A program made the position numbers and the translations under genes. A DNA stretch of 64,000 nt from a bacterium (lineage in GTDB: Bacteria > Krumholzibacteriota > Krumholzibacteriia > G020349025), in NCBI GenBank assembly GCA_031362565.1, contig JANLSU010000073.1, forward strand, positions 1 to 64,000, read 5' to 3'. The first letter of the stretch is position 1; the number at the start of each line of letters is the position of its first letter. Below are positions 58,750-64,000 of this stretch, one piece after another. The notes under the pieces are model-generated. The model was not told the DNA's origin and ran no database searches. It saw only the letters and a list, made by a program, of their open reading frames with translations.

Positions 58750-61551
58750 ATGTCGAAGCGTTCACGGCGCGCGCTCGCGTTCCTGCTCTTTCCAGCCGGG
58801 GTTTCCTCTGCGGCCGCGGCTTTGGCTGCGAGTGCTTCCACTCCGCCCACTGCGAAATTGCCGGCTGGGATGCGCCAGGTCACTTCCGTCGAAGGGATCA
58901 CGGAATACCGGCTCGACAACGGGCTCCGCGTCCTGCTCTTTCCCGATCCGTCCAAGCAAACGGCGACCGTCAACATCACTTATCTGGTTGGCTCGCGGCA
59001 CGAGGGCTACGGTGAGTCGGGCATGGCGCATCTGCTCGAGCACATGGTGTTCAAGGGCACTCCCAAGCACCCGAATATTCCGCAGGAACTCACCGCCCAC
59101 GGTGCGCGTCCGAACGGCACGACCTGGTTCGATCGCACGAATTATTTCGAAACCTTCGCCGCGACGGACGAAAACCTGGATTGGGCGCTGGATCTCGAGG
59201 CCGACCGCATGGTCAATTCATACATCGCCAAGAAGGATCTCGACTCCGAGTTCAGCGTCGTGCGCAACGAGTTCGAGGTCGGCGAGAACTCGCCGCAGGA
59301 AGTTCTGACCGACCGCATGATGTCGACCGCCTATCTCTGGCACAACTATGGGAAATCGACCATCGGGTCGCGGGAAGACATCGAGCGGGTACCGATCGAA
59401 AACCTGCAGGCGTTTTATCACAAGTGGTACCAGCCCGATAACGCCATGCTGGTGGTGGCGGGCAAATTTGACGACGCCCGCACGCTGCAAAGAATCGCCG
59501 CGACGTTCGGTAAGCTCGAACGGCCGAAACGCGCTCTCCCGAACACCTGGACGGTGGAGCCGCCGCAGGATGGCGAACGCACCGTGACCTTGCGCCGCGT
59601 CGGCGACCTGCAAGTCGCTGGCGCCTTGTATCACGTACCGGCGGGTTCGCACGCGGACTACGCGGCGGTCGACCTCCTGACGTACATTTTGGGCGATACA
59701 CCGTCCGGGATGCTGTACAAGTCGCTGGTCGAAACCAAGAAGGCGTCGTCGGTATTCGGCTTTTCTTTCGCACTGCGTGACCCGACGGCGCTCATCGTCG
59801 GCGCCCAGGTGCGCGCCGAGAATTCACTCGACGAAACGCGCGACATTCTCTTGCGCACCGTGGCCGATGCGGCTGCGGCGTCGCCGTCCGAAGACGCGGT
59901 GCGCCGCGCCCGCGACAGCCGGCTCAAGAATTGGGAAACGACGATGCGGAATTCGGAACGCGCCGCGATCGCACTCTCCGGCTGGGCCGCTATGGGCGAC
60001 TGGCGGCTCATGTTCGTGCATCGCGACCGCCTGGAGAAAGTTACGCCGGCGGATGTGCACCGCGTCGCCCAGGCGTACTTGAAGCCCGAGAACAGCACGG
60101 TCGGCTTGTTCCTCCCGGCCAAGGAATCGGTACGAGTTCAGGTGCCGGCGAGGCCGGATGTGGCGTCGTTCGTCGAGGCCTATAAGGGCCGGGAGGCGAT
60201 GGCACAGGGCGAAGAGTTCGACCCGTCGCCGGCGGCGGTCGAGGCGCGCATTCAGCGAATCGCGCTCGCGCCCGGCATTAAACTCGTGCTCTTGCCGAAG
60301 AAGACGCGCGGTGCGACCGTCAGCGCGTCGATGACCTTTCATTTGGGCGACGAAGCGAGCTTGCAGGGCCGCGGTACGGACGCGGAGCTCGCGGGCAGCA
60401 TGCTGATGCGTGGGACCAAGACGAAAACCCGCCAGCAGATTCGCGACGCCGCCGACCAGCTGAAGGCGCAAATCGGGGTCAATGGCAACGCGACTGCGGC
60501 CTTGGTGAGCATCGAGACGATCCGCGACAATTTCGCCGGCGCTCTGACGCTGGCCACGGAGGCTTTGACCACCCCGGCGTTTCCGGAAGCCGAATTCGAA
60601 CTCTTGCGCCAGGAAACACTCGCGGGTCTCGAAGATTCGAAGAACGACCCGCGCCAGAAGGCCTTCACCACTCTGCAGAAGCATCTGAACCCCTGGCCGC
60701 CGGCGGACCCGCGTTACGCCAACACCTCCGAAGAGAAAATGCAGCTCGTTCAGGCGGCGAAGTTGGACGGGGCGCGCAGCTTCTGGCAGGACTTCTACGG
60801 TGCATCGGCGGCCGAGATCGTCGTCGTCGGTGACTTCGACCCGGCAAGCGTCAAAGCTCAGATCGAGCAGTCGTTTGCGAACTGGAAGAGTGCGAAGCCG
60901 TTCACGCGCTTGGCAAACACCTACCAAGACCGGCCGGTCGCGCGCGTCACGGTCGAGACACCCGACAAGGAGAGCGCCGTGTTCGCCGCCGGCCAGCGGG
61001 TCCGGATGCGTGACGACGACCCGGACTACCCGGCGATGGTGCTCGGCAACTTCATGACCGGTGGTGGTTTCCTGAACTCGCGTCTGGCGGCGCGTCTGCG
61101 CCAGAAGGAAGGCCTGTCGTACGGCGTCAACTCGTCGTTCAATGCGAGCAGTTTCGATCAAGACGGGTCGTTTGGTTCTTTCGCGATCTACGCGCCGCAG
61201 AACTCGGACAAGCTCGTCGCGGCCTATGGCGAAGAGATCACCAGGATTCTGCAGAGCGGCTTCACAGCCGACGAGATCGCCGCGGCCAAAAAGGGCTGGC
61301 TGCAAGGCCGGACCGTGTCGCGGTCGACGGACCGCGAGCTGGCGCGCATGCTCGGCTCGCGCGAGTACAGCGGCCGCAAGCTCCTGTGGGACGAGGCCTT
61401 CGAGAAGAGCGTCGATGCGCTGAGCGGCGACCAAATCCTTGCGGCCATGCGGAAGCACCTCGACGAAGCGAAGATCTCGTTCGTGCAAGCCGGCGACTGG
61501 GCGAAGGCCAAGGGCGCAGGGACGGGCGTGACGTCGAGGTCACCGCAGTAG
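58750..61551 (+). CDS. Secreted M16 (pitrilysin-like) zinc peptidase
   Basis: HLLEH, NGTTWFDRTNY, RLRQKEGLSY; signal peptide; RBS GGAGG. Confidence 0.95.
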   Translation: MSKRSRRALAFLLFPAGVSSAAAALAASASTPPTAKLPAGMRQVTSVEGITEYRLDNGLRVLLFPDPSKQTATVNITYLVGSRHEGYGESGMAHLLEHMVFKGTPKHPNIPQELTAHGARPNGTTWFDRTNYFETFAATDENLDWALDLEADRMVNSYIAKKDLDSEFSVVRNEFEVGENSPQEVLTDRMMSTAYLWHNYGKSTIGSREDIERVPIENLQAFYHKWYQPDNAMLVVAGKFDDARTLQRIAATFGKLERPKRALPNTWTVEPPQDGERTVTLRRVGDLQVAGALYHVPAGSHADYAAVDLLTYILGDTPSGMLYKSLVETKKASSVFGFSFALRDPTALIVGAQVRAENSLDETRDILLRTVADAAAASPSEDAVRRARDSRLKNWETTMRNSERAAIALSGWAAMGDWRLMFVHRDRLEKVTPADVHRVAQAYLKPENSTVGLFLPAKESVRVQVPARPDVASFVEAYKGREAMAQGEEFDPSPAAVEARIQRIALAPGIKLVLLPKKTRGATVSASMTFHLGDEASLQGRGTDAELAGSMLMRGTKTKTRQQIRDAADQLKAQIGVNGNATAALVSIETIRDNFAGALTLATEALTTPAFPEAEFELLRQETLAGLEDSKNDPRQKAFTTLQKHLNPWPPADPRYANTSEEKMQLVQAAKLDGARSFWQDFYGASAAEIVVVGDFDPASVKAQIEQSFANWKSAKPFTRLANTYQDRPVARVTVETPDKESAVFAAGQRVRMRDDDPDYPAMVLGNFMTGGGFLNSRLAARLRQKEGLSYGVNSSFNASSFDQDGSFGSFAIYAPQNSDKLVAAYGEEITRILQSGFTADEIAAAKKGWLQGRTVSRSTDRELARMLGSREYSGRKLLWDEAFEKSVDALSGDQILAAMRKHLDEAKISFVQAGDWAKAKGAGTGVTSRSPQ

Positions 61552-61581
61552 GCGAGCCGGCAGACGCGATTGACGTTTGGT

Positions 61582-62874
61582 TCAACGGTTGAACGGATAT
61601 TCGTTGATCCAGTGAAAACCGCGCGTCCGCAACAGAAAGTTGGGCGCCTCGACGCGACGCAAGCTCACCTGCACCGAATCCGGGCCGGCCGTGCCCTGCA
61701 GCGTCAGCGTCGTCGAGTCGGGCTGGCTGTACGCCAGGTAGCCGCTCCAGTCGGGGTCGTCGCGCTTCTTGAGGGCGATGGTCTTGGTGTCGGTGTGGAG
61801 CGTCATCGCACAGCGGCGCCGGGAGCCGCTCATGTCCTGGATCGCGAGCACTTCCCGATAGTCGAAAATCACCCGTTGCCAGCGTGACACGTCCGTGGCC
61901 AAAGGCGGATGCGCCATGCCGTTCAGCACGAAACCCTCGACGTTCCAGATCCCGTAAAACGCCGGCTTCGCGGCAAGATCGCCGTACTTGTGGCGGCCGG
62001 ATTGCGCGTTCGCCAGCATCAACATCGTGTAACCGACCACCCAGACCGTTCGCACGATCAACGCGGCGCGATTGAGCTCGCGGCGCACGAAGACCGGCCG
62101 GACGACGGCCGGTTCGACGGCCTGCCCGAGCAAGAACATCCTGGACAGGCGGGCCGCATCCGGCAGAACCAGGAATACGGCCATGGCAAGCAGGTGGATC
62201 GAGAAGAGTTTGACCGGCACGTCATAGCACAGGTTGAGTGCCACGACATTGGCGAGGGTTCCGAGCGCGACGAGTGCGCCGAGCAATGTCGTGCGCCGGG
62301 TGGTCAGCAGCAGGCCGCCCAGAATCTCGGCCGCGCCCGTGAAGACGTTGTATCCCTTCGAAGCCCCCATGAATGTCCACAGCAAACCCATCGGTGACGC
62401 GTCCCCAAAGGGCTGCAACAGCCGATCCAAGCCGGGATCCGGGAACTGCGACTGGATCACCTTGATCGCGCCATACTGGATCAACGTCGAAGCGAGCGAG
62501 AACCGCACGAAAATCCGCAGCCAGTCGTGGAGCCGCGAGTATTCGCGGTGCTTGCGGTCGATGAGCGTCCAAATCAAGGTCGCGACAACCGCCGCGACGG
62601 CGAAACAGAACACCTGCACGTAGTTGAAGGTCGTATCTCCGCTACCGTTGGGATGGACGGTAATCGTCGCGCCGAACACGTGGCTGCCAACCCACGGCAC
62701 GACGCGGAACCAGAGACTCCGGTACGCCCCGGCGAGCTTCCAGAAACCAGGAATGAGACTCGCAGGGAACGGCAGGTTGTAGAGGACGAGATAGGTGGCG
62801 GCGAAACGGAAGGCGATCCGGTGCCAGGCCGGCCACGGTGGTGGAGGGCGATTCGCGACTGGATCGAGTTCCAT
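61582..62874 (-). CDS. DoxX-like integral membrane protein
   Basis: GSGDTT, SPMGLLWTFMGAS, YDVPVK, RGFHWINEYPFNR. Confidence 0.75.
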   Translation of the reverse strand: MELDPVANRPPPPWPAWHRIAFRFAATYLVLYNLPFPASLIPGFWKLAGAYRSLWFRVVPWVGSHVFGATITVHPNGSGDTTFNYVQVFCFAVAAVVATLIWTLIDRKHREYSRLHDWLRIFVRFSLASTLIQYGAIKVIQSQFPDPGLDRLLQPFGDASPMGLLWTFMGASKGYNVFTGAAEILGGLLLTTRRTTLLGALVALGTLANVVALNLCYDVPVKLFSIHLLAMAVFLVLPDAARLSRMFLLGQAVEPAVVRPVFVRRELNRAALIVRTVWVVGYTMLMLANAQSGRHKYGDLAAKPAFYGIWNVEGFVLNGMAHPPLATDVSRWQRVIFDYREVLAIQDMSGSRRRCAMTLHTDTKTIALKKRDDPDWSGYLAYSQPDSTTLTLQGTAGPDSVQVSLRRVEAPNFLLRTRGFHWINEYPFNR

Positions 62875-63014
62875 CCCACAGCCTCCAAATTGCGATGCGC
62901 AACCCACGGCGGTCGCGTGGCGCCAGATGCTCAATGGTGGACGCAATACGATGCGCGGCGGGCACTCTACAGATCAATGTTTTTTTCGCGACTCGAGGCC
63001 AAGGCGTCTCGGCG

Positions 63015-63788
63015 TCAGCCCTTGTCCCGCAGGCGCGCGTAGCCGGTGCGGCTCACCGGAATCTCGCGGCCGTCGCGCAGGATGGCGATGCGGCGGTCCT
63101 TGGCGACCAGTTCGATGCGCACGATGCGTTCGACATTCACGGTGTAGGAGCGGTGCACTTGCACGAAGCGGGCAGGATCGAGAGCCTGGCTGAGGTCGGC
63201 GAGCGGCTGGGTCTTGAGATGCACCTTGCCGTCGGCATAGATCGCGACGTAGTCGTCCTGGGCTTCGAGCACGTCCACACGGTCCACCGGTACGACGTGC
63301 ACGTGCGGCCCGTCCTTGACGACGATGCGATCGAGAAACCGCCCCGGGCCGCGACGCGACGCAACAAGCTGGGACGCGGCTTCCGATCCGGGTTGCGCGG
63401 GTCCGCCACCGGCGGGCGTGGTGGAACCGAGGCGCTGCCGCACCCGCTCGAGTGCGGCCGCCAGGCGGTCGCGTCCGAGCGGCTTCAGCAGATAGTCGAC
63501 GGCACTCACCTCGAAGGCGCGCAGCGCAAACTCGTCGTAGGCGGTGACGAACACCACGAGCGGCCCGGGCGCCAGCAATTCGAGGACCTCGAAGCCGTCC
63601 AACTTCGGCATTTGCACGTCGAGCAAGACGAGGTCAGCGCGCACGGTATCCAACGCTTTCACCGCTTCGAAACCGTTGGCGCACTCGGCGACGATCTCGA
63701 CGTCGGCGTGGGCCTGAAGATAATCGCGCAACAGCGCCCGCGCCGGCGGTTCGTCGTCGACGATCGCGACGCGTAACACCGGCGTCAT
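63015..63788 (-). CDS. LytTR family response regulator
   Basis: IVDDE, LLDVQMP, VTAY, DYLLKP receiver; FVQVHRSYTVN LytTR. Confidence 0.95.
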   Translation of the reverse strand: MTPVLRVAIVDDEPPARALLRDYLQAHADVEIVAECANGFEAVKALDTVRADLVLLDVQMPKLDGFEVLELLAPGPLVVFVTAYDEFALRAFEVSAVDYLLKPLGRDRLAAALERVRQRLGSTTPAGGGPAQPGSEAASQLVASRRGPGRFLDRIVVKDGPHVHVVPVDRVDVLEAQDDYVAIYADGKVHLKTQPLADLSQALDPARFVQVHRSYTVNVERIVRIELVAKDRRIAILRDGREIPVSRTGYARLRDKG

Positions 63789-64000
63789 GGCGTTCCCCCG
63801 GATTCGCTCCGCGCGGTGCCGAGTGACAACACGACTTCGAAGCAGCCGGCCGTTTGCGATGCGGCGATCGAAGTGTGGCGCGGGTCCAGGGCGCGCAGGC
63901 GCCGGCGCACATTCTCGAGCCCCAGGCCCTCGCCTTGGCGGTGTGGTGCGTCCGGGTCGAATGGATTCGTGACCCTGACGGTCAACGTGCCGGCGTGTCG
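63785..64000 (-). CDS. LytS-type sensor histidine kinase, C-terminal fragment (continues beyond the window)
   Basis: VRVTN...GEGLGLENVRRRL HATPase tail; overlaps the start of the LytTR gene. Confidence 0.8.
   Translation of the reverse strand, partial: RHAGTLTVRVTNPFDPDAPHRQGEGLGLENVRRRLRALDPRHTSIAASQTAGCFEVVLSLGTARSESGGTP

Overview
GC-rich, gene-dense bacterial chromosome segment with about 56 credible CDS. I found no rRNA, tRNA, transposase, integrase or CRISPR-cas. The content suggests a diderm FCB-group organism, possibly Eisenbacteria/Krumholzibacteriota/Latescibacterota-like (inference from the T9SS/FlgD-like C-terminal domain and the secreted-protein tails). It carries two paralogous OmpA/TSP3 proteins with mscL, a HerA-like ATPase, many peptidases (M16 x2, M24 PepQ, S1C x2, S9, S41, a giant CPBP), an ABC exporter, an MFS transporter, acyl-CoA catabolism genes, trpF, an MbnP/MbnH-like pair, a CIRCE-controlled stand-alone groEL, a DEAD-box helicase, menaquinone genes (UbiD-type and MenG/UbiE) and a LytTR two-component system. 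Most interesting: (1) three unrelated secreted proteins end in the same short tail V-[EQ]-x-x-[ST]-W-[GD]-x-V-K-x-[LM]-Y-R-stop, a candidate C-terminal protein-sorting signal. (2) A complete promoter / structured RNA / terminator unit at 16407-16727 that I cannot match to a known housekeeping RNA. (3) Three exactly phased 13-bp repeats (43-bp period) beside an orphan minus-strand terminator at 47819-48039. Start codons were moved to RBS-supported positions where the ORF track was over-extended. All product calls come from motif recognition; no database searches were run.
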